62,629 nt of DNA, filler included, from Diploschistes diacapsis (GCA_023645945.1; 5 parts of 5 records of this genome joined end to end with filler, not necessarily neighbours in it); one strand, 5' to 3'; counted from the whole stretch's first letter, positions 35,507 through 47,291 are shown. Notes: generated by a model not told the origin, from the sequence alone. Program-made: numbers and translations.

Positions 35507-37542
35507 ATGGTTGAATACGATCCACCCAAGGAGCTGCAGCCTCCAAAGAACATCTCCAATCACTACTCCATCACTGCAAATCTAAGGCAACCTAATCCTA
35601 TCAAGCAGTTTTACAAGTATTTCCAGGTAAGAGATGGCGTAGTAAGGGACCGGAGTTGAGCTGATGGGTTTAGATCCCTGGAATCGGCAACCTCGCTGGT
35701 GGTAAGCTTCAACGAAGGGCAACCGCTACCTCGCATTTCTGATTGATATACGCGCAGGACTGCCAAACAATAACTACTTTCCGTTCGATACCCTCGAAGG
35801 CGTAGCGGCCCTTCCAGATCGCTTCAAGCCGACGCCCGCAGATCCTGTCGACCCCCCGTCCGACCTCACAGCTGAAAACAGCGGCAGCCAGGCTTCGTCT
35901 CGGATAGTCGTGCCCAAAGTTTCAACGAACGAAGATGTACTGCGCAAGATTGACTTGAAGACTGCCCTTCAGTATGGGAACGCGCAGGGCTACCCGCCCC
36001 TCTACGCATGGCTCCGGAACTTCACCCGCGAGAACATGCACCCGAATGTGCCTTACAAGAACGGCCCCGAGATCGTCCTCACCGTCGGCAACACGGATGG
36101 CTTTGCCAAAACCATCGAGTCTCTCATGAATGTCTGGCGTGAAGGCCGCGACCCCATCGAAGAAAAGCAAGGCCTTCTCGTGGAAGAGTTCTTCTACTCG
36201 CCGCCCGCCATCTGTGTCAAGCCCATGGGCGCGAACGTTGTCCCCGTTGGCATGGACGACGAGGGCATGCGCGCCACCGGCAAAGGTGGGCTCGAAGACG
36301 TCCTCGAGAACTGGGACCATGCACGCGGCCGTCGCCCGCACGTAATGTACACTGTAACGTACGGGGGCCCTGCTTAGATTTCCACTCCCTGTTCGGCTTG
36401 CTAACGTTCTGCCTAGTGTGGGTCAAAACCCAACCGGTGGTCTCCTTGGTCTCGAGCGCCGCAAGGCCCTGTACGCCGTCTGCGTGAAATACGACGTGCT
36501 CATTGTGGAAGACGATCCGTACTGGTACCTGCAGTACCCCTCCGCCACCAGTCCCTTGGAAAATTACAACACCCCTCGCTCCTCAGGACACCGCTTCCTC
36601 GACTCCCTCGTGCCCTCCTACCTCTCCGTGGACTACGAAGGGCGCGTCATCCGTCTCGACACCTTTTCCAAGACCGTCGCCCCGGGGTGCCGTCTGGGAT
36701 GGATCACCGCCCAGCCGGCGCTGATCGAAAAGATACTCATGTACACCCAGACCTGCACGCAGCAGCCCTCCGGTTTCGTGCAGAGCATGATCGCGCAGCT
36801 CGTCATGGGGCCCGGCGGGTCGCTACCACCAGCCAAAGCGGGCTTCTTCGGGAAAACAGCAGAAACGCAGCAGAAAGGGTGGGAGGTAGACGGCTGGGTG
36901 CGCTGGCTGGAGGGCCTGCGCGGCAACTACGAGCGGCGCATGCAAACCATGTGCCGCGTGCTCGAGGAAGGGCAATACCTCCTCAAGGCCGGCCGCCGCG
37001 CCAGCCTAGAATCCCACCTGGCAGACCTCAACCTCGACTCCGACACCACACACTCCTCCTCCGATACCACCGTTCCAGCCCCAAACACCGACACCGACGA
37101 ATGGCGCCTGATAACCTCCACCCCCCTCTACACCTTCCTGCGTCCGCGGGGCGGGATGTTCGTCTGGCTCCGGCTCTCGCTATCCAGCCACCCGTTGGCC
37201 TCGCACGCCGCCCTCCCCCCCAAACCATCCGCCTACATCAACCGCACCAGCACCTCCCTCCGCCCCTCGCACCACATCTACAGCCCCCCCTCCCGGCGTC
37301 TGCCGCACCCGACGCTCGCCAAAGCACTGTGGGTCTTCCTGACGCAGGCGCCGCACCGCGTGCTCGTCAGCCCGGGGGCCATGTTCAGCGGGAGCAGGCA
37401 GATCGCGGCGGAGAAGGGGTGGATGTATTTCCGCATGTGCTTTGCCGCGGTGGACGACGAGGAGGTGGAAGGCGTGGCGGCGCGATTTACGGGCGGCGTG
37501 AGGCAGTTCTGGGCGGTCAGGGATGCGGGGGCTGTGGAGAGG
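35507..37542 (+). CDS. PLP-dependent aromatic amino acid aminotransferase, Aro8-like (3' truncated)
   Basis: Exons 35507-35626, 35674-35701, 35758-36358, 36417-37542; NLAGGLP..FPF, ALQYG, GQNPTG, IVEDDPY, DTFSKTVAPGCRLGW (PLP Lys), PRGGMFVW. Confidence 0.92.
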
Positions 37543-37642
37543 NNNNNNNNNNNNNNNNNNNNNNNNNNNNNNNNNNNNNNNNNNNNTTAATTAATTAANN
37601 NNNNNNNNNNNNNNNNNNNNNNNNNNNNNNNNNNNNNNNNNN
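37543..37642. other. Artificial contig linker
   Basis: 44 N + TTAATTAATTAA + 44 N. Confidence 0.98.
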
Positions 37643-37860
37643 CAATAATATTATAAGAAAATTATCTAAATATTAATTATTTAAATAGTTTAATAAGCGA
37701 TATATTAAGTTCTGAAAAAGAATTCTAAAATATATGAAAAAAAGGAAGTTGTAATAATAAGAAATGTTATTACGTGATATGAATACTAAATGACTTGAGA
37801 AAATGCATATATAAATTTATATGGGACCTAACTTAGCGTGTATGTAGATTAATTGTCAGC
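37643..37860. repeat. Very AT-rich, TpA-rich contig edge; probable RIP-degraded repeat
   Basis: Abrupt AT enrichment with many TA/TAA and few C/G relative to flanking genes. Confidence 0.5.
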
Positions 37861-38200
37861 CCTATAAGGTTTGTATGGACGGGGTGGGGAGCAGGTGGTG
37901 CTCCCGAATTGCCCTGTCTCCAACCTTATCCTTCCACTTCCACCGGACGAACCTCCACGGTCTCTTCTCCGGTCTCTCCTTAACTCTTCTTGGAACGGCT
38001 GGGGATTATTGCGCAAAGGATATGATTACTATCTGAATCTCATTTACGGAGGAAGTATGCTAGCCTAAATACCTATAGTATATCCGTGATTGGTTTGCGA
38101 AACAGCTTACCATGATGCATGGCATATTCTTCCGTCTTCAATAGGCTCCAACCAGAGAACTGTTCCGACAAATACTGCCGGACTCGACTGCTTCTGAGCC

Positions 38201-38917
38201 ATGATTGCAGAACCCCAAGTACTCCCTGGTCCAGAGGTCAATGGCCGGCAGACCAAAATGTATCTTTTTGAAGCCGATCAGCTCGCGGCCTCGCACATGC
38301 TCCCCTCGTTCTTACCTCCCATCAATGCGGCCTTCAGCGCCAACCATCCGCCATACCTGCCTGCATCGCTGGTCAGATTGCGTACGACAGACGAATTCAG
38401 GAACGAACTCGGCCCTGAAGCCTTCACATACGGCCTCGTCTACGCTGATGATACCGAGGAAGCCAAGGATATCCTGGCCACGGTCTCGGGGAAGCCCTTC
38501 AGATGGTTGGAGCCTGAAGTCAAAGATCCCGAATACCGTACTTTTTACTATGATAAGGAGCATGCTGGGAAACCCAACACCGAGACTTGGGAGCTCAAAC
38601 TCATGGTTGTAGACCCAAATTTGCAGAGAAACGGGCTGGCAAGCCTCATGCTGGGCCTCGTAGAGACAGAGATTCGGAGGCGATTTGAGGAAAAGAAACT
38701 GCTCGAGACCAAGATTTCGCAAGAAGATGGGAGGCGGGGCAACACAGCACCGGACAGGAAGCTGAGACTACTTTTGCAGACCCTGTACGAGATGAACGGC
38801 GAGTTCTATCGGAAACGCGGATGGACTCTGATTGGTAACAGGAAGAGGGAAAGGGGGTGTATGGGTAGCGAAGTCGGATTTCACGTTGCTACCTTGGACA
38901 AGGTATTCGACTTCTGA
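38201..38917 (+). CDS. GNAT-family N-acetyltransferase
   Basis: Intact 238-aa ORF; WELKLMVVDPNLQRNGLASLML (motif A) and NGEFYRKRGW (motif B). Confidence 0.85.
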   Translation: MIAEPQVLPGPEVNGRQTKMYLFEADQLAASHMLPSFLPPINAAFSANHPPYLPASLVRLRTTDEFRNELGPEAFTYGLVYADDTEEAKDILATVSGKPFRWLEPEVKDPEYRTFYYDKEHAGKPNTETWELKLMVVDPNLQRNGLASLMLGLVETEIRRRFEEKKLLETKISQEDGRRGNTAPDRKLRLLLQTLYEMNGEFYRKRGWTLIGNRKRERGCMGSEVGFHVATLDKVFDF

Positions 38918-39091
38918 GACCTTGAACCTGAACGGTGTGTAGTGCAGTAGTCAATATACACCGACAGCAATACACAAGCGGCCACATCAACTATGAGATC
39001 GAGTGTTTCCCCTCGTTCTTAGCCCGGAGAGCTAGCATTGCATTGAGATTCTCGTGTCGTAAAGGAGTGGAACACCATCCTCTCGATTTCC

Positions 39092-39640
39092 TCATATTCT
39101 GGCCTCCCACTTCCTCCCCGCATCTCTCAAAGACCGCTCGCCGTCAACGAGAACGCACCAGCCCTCTCCTCCCACCGTTCCTCCTTCCATGCCACCTACA
39201 CCTGCCTCAAATTCTTCCGTAGCATACTTGAGAACTTCGTCGTCGTAAGTCCCTGGCTGCAACCACACGGCCTTGATACCAACGTCCTTGGCTTCCTTCA
39301 GGACCGTCTTGGTAACAGGTGGCGGACAGACGACGCTCAAAGAGGTCGATTGCGGATCCTGTAGAGCAGAGGGAGAAGCGACGGCTTGGTAGGTTTCGGA
39401 CGAGATGGTGATTGCTGGTTCCTTGGGGTTTACAGCAGTTACCGGGAGTGAGTGCTCATGATACCATGCCAGCACTGCCGCGTCTTAGCTTATTCTCCAG
39501 CTGGTCCCCAGGATTCGTAAGAAAGACACGCCAGAGAACGTACGCTTGTACCCGAAGCGATGTGTATCAGCATTGGCGCCGGCAACGGCAAACTTGGGCG
39601 ATTCGAAGAAGCGCTTGGCCGCTTGCTGCTGCGCCGTCAT
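39092..39640 (-). CDS. CoA-binding domain protein (YccU-like Rossmann fold)
   Basis: Exons 39640-39544 and 39474-39092; FAVAGANADTHRFGYKLLAWY, AVNP, VWLQPG, CVLVDG; upstream in-frame ATGs as far as 39934. Confidence 0.88.
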
Positions 39641-40232
39641 GTTCGAGTCGGTACTGGAACTCTTCTTGAATGGCAGGCGTGTCTTTCGATGCGTAGGTAG
39701 TACGCCCGTCCTGCGAGCCTCCGGAATTTGTTCTTTGCTATTATTAGCGGTTGTCTGTTGATCGTAGATGTTGCAGTGATTGGAGCTACTACCTTCTTCT
39801 CGCTGCGGCGGATCTTGCGAAGACATTTGAGAGATGAAACGGAGTGGTAAGTTACGAAGGCGGTAATGGTAAGCTCTCCGGGTAAGTTGCAGACAAGTAC
39901 TCTGAAACTCGAGGATCATGAACGGCAGAAGCATGAGACATGGGATATATCCTCTTACAGAGTAAGGATGCTAACTAGCTGCAATGACGCAACATTTGGC
40001 AGTCGCAAATGCTCTGGGTGTGAGAAGAGATACAGTCGCCCACATACAACTACTGAGTCAGTATCGAAAGATTGGTATTTATTCGAAATGGCACGACCGT
40101 ATGCAGTTCTAACATCAGACCACTTGGATTCATACATCGCTGCCTAGGGACTATCATTATGGGCCGTGTCGTCGGAGCAGTATCCACGCTTCTTCCAAAC
40201 ACCAAACAACCAGGGGTATCACAAAATGAGCG

Positions 40233-42218
40233 TTAGCACGTTACGCATGTCTCGACCAAATAATCCACCAGCCTCTGCAGCGTTCCGCGCAGTCTCCTCT
40301 CCTGGAAAGGCTTACCAACTTGCTCCGAACCTAGCTTGCTACGGCTCTTCCCCATTTTTACTCTCCACTGCTTTTCAGCGGTCTCCCCTGCCCGCCGAAC
40401 AATCTCGTCCTGATTTTCTTCACGGTACAGATCACACTTTTTGCACTGGGAGCATCTCCCAGGTAATGCTCTGAAATGCCCGCAGAAATGACTATAGTCA
40501 TGATCATCTTGAGGATTGGCTGCCCCTTTAACCTGGTTCCCAAGCCCCTGGCGGCACAAGTAGCACATGATATAGCCACACGTACAGGTCATCTTATTGC
40601 AGCCACTCTCCTTCACAAAAGATAAGTTGCATTTCGGACATACACGTTTCATTGCCGCACTGCGGGCAGCTTCGATCGTGGTGCGAAGGCTCAATTCCTC
40701 GCGTTCGTTGCATTTGTGGGGATCGCGCCAGACCACTTTGCAAAGTCTGCATGAGACTTGGGAACATCCCGGATTGCGACATTTGAAGCGAAGAGCCAGG
40801 CATTGTTTGCGTGCTAAGGAATCAAAAGCCTGTTGCAGATGGGACCTGAGCCGAGGTAGCGGTAAAACGAGCGATAACCAAAAGTATTGCCAGCAGAATG
40901 GTATGGTCCAACATAGAATCATCAGCAATGTAACCAGATGCCAAAGATCGTCAATCCTTCTGAGCTTGTAGGCTGGAAGCCCGGAAGGGTAACAGACATC
41001 ATCCACCTCTGCATAGGGGCAAAAAGGGCATTGAACGAAACTAGCGCCTGACGCTCGCATTGCGTCTTTTGCTAGTTTCTCCTCAAACTTATCCCACGTT
41101 TGTTGGCCCCCACGAGTTTGCAGGATCGCACGTTTGGCAAGTTCGTTCGGGATGCATCCATGACAGGCCTCTGAAGAGGGAGCGAAACAAGATATCAACG
41201 AACGCTCATGATCAATGCTTTTGGCCCACGCCTGCGCATACAGAGCTGCAGAGACCGTATTTTGCAAACACTTGAAACATAGTTGATGCTCACCGGTCGA
41301 ACAGAATGCAATAAATTCAAAAGCAACGTCATCGAAACAGCACTCACACTCGAAGGTTGCGCGATGCAAAGCTGCCTCTTCTTTATTCAGGCAGGTCGCC
41401 AACTCCCATCCCGAAAGCTCATTGTGCTCTCGGTACCCCTTGAGCAGAGGCTCTAGAACTGTCCGATAGAGCTCTTCATCCAGTTCAGCTGAGCCTGTTT
41501 TCTTGAGCTTCGGTGTAGCTGCCGATTGTTCAGAAACTGGTTTGGATTGGACAAGCATGAAGTGAGACTCGACTGTAGGCTTTTTCCATCTCATTATGGA
41601 CTTGAAGTTTATGCGCCAGCTTTTGGCGGCAAGACCGGTAAGGATCGGTCGCGAATTTGTGTAGGAGTAGTTTTGCTCCACGAGAACACCTTCGATAGCC
41701 GATCTGCTTATACCCTGAAACTCTTCCTTGAGCGCAGTCCGCGTTGCATTCTTGTAGCTCAACGACCGAAACTCTTCCTCACACGGCACCAGTTCCGTTG
41801 AGTGCACCACCTTTTGTGAGTTTATATCGAAGACTTCGCACAGAATCCTTGAGCTCGTGATGTTAGAAGCGACCCGCCACCGACCTCTCACCCATTTTGC
41901 GCCAAAGCGAAGTAACTGGTCGGCGACCACATGCGACCTACTTTCATCGCTCAAGCTAGAAAGCATTTCCCGAAAGACGTCAGGGCGAACATTTGGAAAT
42001 ATTTCAGCCAAAGCCCGCAAATCATTGTTCAGCTCTCTCAGATCCGGTTCTAAATCCTCCGTGCTTGAGAGGGGCGAACCCAGGAGGGATGTCGACGACT
42101 TTGTCCATGACTTGCTGGAAGTCGCGGATCGAATGGGCGATGTAGTTGGAGAGTATAGAGCGTTCTCAGACCTACCCTCCGATTTTGTCTGGGTAGGGCG
42201 GAAAACGGAAAACACCAT
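40233..42218 (-). CDS. RBR-family (RING1-IBR-RING2) E3 ubiquitin ligase, RNF216/TRIAD3-like
   Basis: CECCFDD..C..EHQLCFKC; CPFC..CRNPGC..SCRLC..HKC; CPKC..KESGCNKMTCTCGYIMCYLC (catalytic Cys); CUE-like LAEIFPNV at the N-terminus. Confidence 0.9.
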   Translation of the reverse strand: MVFSVFRPTQTKSEGRSENALYSPTTSPIRSATSSKSWTKSSTSLLGSPLSSTEDLEPDLRELNNDLRALAEIFPNVRPDVFREMLSSLSDESRSHVVADQLLRFGAKWVRGRWRVASNITSSRILCEVFDINSQKVVHSTELVPCEEEFRSLSYKNATRTALKEEFQGISRSAIEGVLVEQNYSYTNSRPILTGLAAKSWRINFKSIMRWKKPTVESHFMLVQSKPVSEQSAATPKLKKTGSAELDEELYRTVLEPLLKGYREHNELSGWELATCLNKEEAALHRATFECECCFDDVAFEFIAFCSTGEHQLCFKCLQNTVSAALYAQAWAKSIDHERSLISCFAPSSEACHGCIPNELAKRAILQTRGGQQTWDKFEEKLAKDAMRASGASFVQCPFCPYAEVDDVCYPSGLPAYKLRRIDDLWHLVTLLMILCWTIPFCWQYFWLSLVLPLPRLRSHLQQAFDSLARKQCLALRFKCRNPGCSQVSCRLCKVVWRDPHKCNEREELSLRTTIEAARSAAMKRVCPKCNLSFVKESGCNKMTCTCGYIMCYLCRQGLGNQVKGAANPQDDHDYSHFCGHFRALPGRCSQCKKCDLYREENQDEIVRRAGETAEKQWRVKMGKSRSKLGSEQVGKPFQERRLRGTLQRLVDYLVETCVTC

Positions 42219-42406
42219 AGTTCATAATTGCTCCTTGAGATTGAAGTAATGACCTTTCATGGGTGCTTAGGAACTACCAATCAGCCAAGACCCTCTTGGC
42301 ATCCTGAATACGCCCTATTAACTTGGCCTTACAAAGTTCTTATCCAAATAATCAGCAAGATTCATTCTAATGCGTCAATCAACCTCTTGAAGCAACTTGT
42401 TTCTAT

Positions 42407-43265
42407 CTAACCTAGTAAAGAAGTCATTCCACCTCTCGTTTCTGCTATAGCTAGAGTATCGAAAATGGGGCTAGTCCCCATCCAAAACACCCGTCGTATA
42501 CCCGACCCAGTCAGCGTGGCTATGCCTGGGTAAGCCCGACGTAAAACAGCAATCTCGTCGAACCATCTTCCCATGGGTTCTCCAGCTTGAGTACATAGCT
42601 GAACGTCCAAGTAATGACGCCAAAGATACTCCACAATCCCGTTTGCGCTCGATATAGGGATTATATCCGTGCCGCCAATATAGTTGTCTAAGTTTCCTAG
42701 ATTCGCAAGATCAGTATCTAATAACGTCATGATATCAGAACCGGTATCGTTCATCATCGTAATATTGGTCGTTGAGCCATCCCCGCCTGCCCATAAGGAA
42801 AGCCTGATTAAAGCCAGAAGCTAAAAATGAATATTAAAAAGAAATAAAGAATAATAAATGAAATCAAAATAAATACCTCGTGGCTGTTTAAATAAGGTCC
42901 GTGTCCGTACCCTGCTTTTGCTGCTAGCTGATAATAAACGCAGCTCGCGTTCTATATATATTAACAATGTATTGATTGATATATATCAAGCTAACCTCAT
43001 GAAAATAGTGTTTGCCCGTATGCTCATACTCCTCTTTCTGTACGACAGCACCATCGCTTATCCAAACTTCTTCGCCAATTTGAAGCTTTCCGTCCTCGTA
43101 TAAACGGATCACAGCCTCGACATTCTTCGCCTGCTTAAGCGAATAAAGGAAGTCCTTTGGGTCAAGCGCCCGCTTAAGTACGGCTATCCTTTCTTGCACT
43201 GTGATTGGGGGTCTGGGCACTGGACACGAGGGCCTAAAATAAATCTTTTTAGGTTCTTGATTCAT
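42407..43265 (-). CDS. Single-domain clan-AA (retropepsin-like) aspartic protease-like protein
   Basis: Three exons 43265-42996, 42927-42877, 42820-42407 join in frame through GT-AG introns; MMNDTGSDIMTL catalytic-type motif, flap-like ISSANGIV, LTGSGIR at the hydrophobic-G motif position. Confidence 0.65.
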
Positions 43266-43845
43266 GTTGCCAATATGCTTCTGATATGATCCAGTGTTGA
43301 TAGTTGTTGGTCACGCGATCGTGCTAGGCGTCTTTTGTGAGGCTAGACTCGGTTTTTTGACGGACAGCTTTCGAGACCCTCATTAACTGAATTAGGAACA
43401 AAGCCAGTCACAGGATGTAATCTTGAACATACTTATTTGCAATAACAAGAACGAAGAACGAAGATGCGAAGTGTAGAAAGAAGATACTTCTAATTATTTA
43501 ACCCGCTCTCTTGGCGCTGACTAATCCTAAAATCATGACACTAGTCCCAAGCATGCAGCTACCTTGAGCTGCGTCTGGAACTTTTCTTGGGCCTTAGAAA
43601 TGGGGGCAAAGGCGAAGAAGCAGAAAGTCTACTGAGAATCCCAGCGTTGGTTGATTGTTATCTCCAGCCTCCCTTGACAAGGGAAACAATCATCTAAACC
43701 CGACAGGAGCCCAATAGTTCTATGCTGAATAACACGTATCTTCGTGACCTGTTTTGGTATAACCGGTCCGATTTTCTAGTATACAACTACAGCGGTAGCA
43801 CAGGCGTGTAAGTATCCACCATTTACTTAGGTCCTGTACCTCCTC

Positions 43846-44267
43846 TTAGTGTTTGCTTGCTCTCTGCTCCTTTATCTGATCCATATTCGATTGTTCGATG
43901 AATGCCCTGAAAAATTGTCAGTAAACTCTGGAGATGAGCAACCTTATAATAAGGGACAATTGAATGGGAAGCTCAACAAAAGCTTTTGCACGGATAGATA
44001 GGTTGGAGTTCAGGTGACGAGACCAACAACGCACTTAATGAACTTCTCTTCATCCGGACTTGTAGCATTGATAGGCGGTCCCTGCTCCTTCTTCTTTTCT
44101 CCACCACTCATGCCATAGTATCCACCTACTGCTGCGAGGCCGAGCGTCCACATGGCAAGCTTGAGACTGAGATTAGCTGTACAGGAAATATGCAACAGCG
44201 TGTGCATCGGCAGACGCACTACGTGAGATCCCACTTTCCGCCCGGCAACCTCGTACATCGCGACCAT
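43846..44267 (-). CDS. ATP19: Mitochondrial ATP synthase subunit k
   Basis: Exons 44267-44220, 44159-44035, 43906-43846; MVAMYEVAGRKVGSHVLAMWTLG..PPINATSPDEEKFIKAF. Confidence 0.92.
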
Positions 44268-44511
44268 CTTGGTGACACCTGAGCTGTTGAATAGGGTGTA
44301 GTTGCAGACGAACTTTTTGCAGCGTTCAATTGAATCGAAACAATGGAATTGAAACAAGGCTGCGGTTCTGTTTCTAAGTCCAACTTAAGATTAGCGCAAA
44401 GCTTTACGTAAGCGGCCTTCTGTGGGGCCATGCTTTTTCGAAGTACTTACTTTGTTGTTTCTACGGTGAAATGCGCTTCGACAGAAGCTGCTTTGCTTTC
44501 CCGCAGCAGCA

Positions 44512-45483
44512 ATGGGTAATAGCAGCTCCAAAGAAGGTGCGGAGCCAAAGCAACCTAGGAATACACAGTTCAGTCAGCCTATACCAGTGAATGGGGAAGA
44601 CTACTCCAAGCCTCTTCCCTATGAAAAACTACCGAAGCAGCTGCAAGATATCGTTGATAACGAGGAGAGCTTATGGGACAGCATCTACGAGGGGCAGTGA
44701 GTGAAGTTTTACCAGCGAGGCCAAGATATGCTGAGTGATTTCTCCCAGCGGTGGAGAGTCCACAGACTCAAACGTTCGATATGCTGCATATGCGTCTCGA
44801 CTCAGGACAATCTTGCTCTCCGCGCATAGATACGTCGCATATACCTCTGACATAGGAGAATCATTTAGGCCTATAGCTCATCCATATCTCGTAAAAGGAG
44901 CATATGGCATATCATGGGCCTATCTCATCGGTGATGTGTCGCATGAGGGATATAAGGCATACTTGCGGCAACAAAAGTTCCTACATCCAGAGTCACAACC
45001 TGGAAGTCCATCAGCTCGCGCAACAGATGCCAGCTTAGGCGGCAAGAGCGTTCGAGGCCACGTGCCTGCCATCGAAGACTGGAGAACTGTTGTCGTGCAA
45101 AGAGCGATATTCCAGAGTCTAGCGAGTATGGCGCTACCGGCCTTTACCATCCATTCACTTGTGAGATATTCAGGCAGAGCGATGAAAAACGTGAAGAATG
45201 CTAGGATACGGACATGGGGCCCCATCGGAGTATGTTACCCTCCATGTTAGTACTTGAGTTTTCAGGGTTCAGCTCACTCTCAACTTAGCTTGGCTTGGCT
45301 GCAGTACCAGCTTTACCCTATCTCTTCGATAAGCCCGTAGAAGACGCTGTGGAGTGGAGCTTCCACAAAGCTTTTGAGATCATTGGCGGAAAGGGAGCAG
45401 TGGCCAGCTCGCCACAAACAGGTCGACAGGGCTTGCTTACCAACGAGACAAGAACTGAAAAGATTAAGGAGAAGGAGCTCTGA
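44512..45483 (+). CDS. MTFP1: Mitochondrial fission process protein 1 (MTP18 family)
   Basis: Exons 44512-44696, 44749-45229, 45289-45483; RYVAYTSDIGESFRP, YGISWAYLIGDV, FQSLASMALPAFTIH, LPYLFDKPVE. Confidence 0.9.
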
Positions 45484-46123
45484 AATTGAACGGACGTCTA
45501 AAGATTTACAAGAAAATCGTACGATCTAGACTGCAGTTTGCAGCTGACTTGACTGACTTGTACATCATCTTTATAGATAAAGAGCCTCTTCTACTCGCGC
45601 TTTCACGCATACGATATCTAGCTGTAGAATATATTGGGTTGCAGAAGCTTACAATCATATTCACTGCACGTTAAATCCTAGGCTTTGTCCTTGCACAACG
45701 CCGGTAGCCACAGGAAATCTTCGGAGAAATGCAAAGTTATCGGCCAATATGAGCTTACCTCCACGGATTTAGGTCCTTTCGCTTTCAAGGGCCCCAGTAT
45801 CAGTGTTATTTAGATTGATCGTGATCCTCTTCAGGACGGCGAAACTAGATCAATCGCAGCTGATTAGCGGTAAAGCGGACTCGTTGTGTAGCATAGGAGA
45901 AACCAGATGCTTCACCTAAGCTCCGGTTCCTTACATAGATATAAGCCAGACGTCGACTTGAGTATCTTTGGTACTACTTGTAGGTACAGGGAGTCAGATT
46001 CTCATGTTCAGCTCATGCTATATAGATACCCATAGAGAGCCTCTCGTGTCTTGTTGTCAAGAATGAAGCGAAGCAAACTGTGCTCAATCGCGAAGATATA
46101 GTCCTAGTTTTCAAGTTTGAAAA

Positions 46124-47050
46124 ATGCCTTCCAACACTTCAACAGATCTCCTTCTCGTAATGTGCGCGAGCGGAAAGGAAGCTTCCTTTCTTCTAACTCT
46201 CCTTTCCGCCAAATACTCCCATCTGCGGCTCGTCGTCAGTTCTCTCCCCTCTCACGAAAGCCTTCAAGCTGCCTACGCTCAGTACGAAGTCATCCGCGCG
46301 GATCTGAACCCTTTACTCGGACGTTCGTTCCGTCTTTCGTGGCATCACTACTGCCTACTATGTTGGCCCTTCTTTCCACCACCATGAGACGCAATGCGGC
46401 TACCATGCCATTGACGCTGCGTTGGAAGAGCGCAAGGAAAGTGGAGACAACTTCAAATATTTCGTCTTCAGCTCCCTTGTCAACACGCAGTTTCGACAAG
46501 CTGCTGAACCATGATTGCAAGGGTACGTTGAGGAAAGGCTCCAGAATCGGGCCTTGACTGTACCGTGCTCAAGCCTTGCAATTTTAACGATATGTTCCCC
46601 ATCGGTAGGATGGCGAAGCAAGATGAGCCCATATACAATGCTCCCTGGGATCCCACGGTACCCAACTCATTGATCATGCTTGAGGCCTTGGCACATGTGT
46701 CGATGAAGGTTATTGACGAGCGAGAGAAGCATTATTTTGCCGAGTATCCACTCTGCGCGCCGATGCCGCTACCATATACAGGCATGGCCGAATGTGCCGA
46801 AAAGGCACTGGGCAAGAAAGTCAAAGTTGTGAAACACTCTTTCGAGTATAGAGCGCGAAAAATGACGGACATAGTGTTGGGCAAAGATCCAAATGCAAAA
46901 TCAGTTGACGGGGCAGAGCGACTAATTCTGTGGTATGAACGCTGTGGACTCAATGGCAACCCCAACGTCGTGCGCGCATTGCTCGGACACGAGCCGAAGA
47001 CTATCGACCAGTGGATGGCAAAAGGTGTAGAAGCAGCAAGAGAATACTAA
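46124..47050 (+). pseudogene. NmrA-like / atypical SDR NAD(P)-binding protein pseudogene
   Basis: LLVMCASGKE / GITTAYYVGPSFHHHETQCGYHAIDAA..FVFSS / KLLNHDCK / YVEE / ESGLDCTVLKPCNF..GLNGNPNV fall in successive frames; about four frameshifts between 46310 and 46545 with no intron signals. Confidence 0.78.
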
Positions 47051-47291
47051 CAAGGCACTTCAGATATGGAGGCATACTCAGTGCAGTCACCTTAGAAAAA
47101 GCCTTCGGGCACGTTGATTTGCTCATCTAGTATTGCAATAGCTTGGCTGGCAAACAAGTCGGGGTGGATATTTTGTCATCTTCTAGCTTCTATCCCACAA
47201 CTTGCACTAGCTATGCGAACCATGACCATGCGTGTGGAAGTCGTTGTCATCCATCCTGCCCTAGCTTGTCCTGCATGATCGAGTTTATTAA

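Noticed and set aside
11012..37542. IDO plus aromatic aminotransferase as a tryptophan catabolism cluster
   Set aside because: They lie on different contigs separated by artificial linkers.
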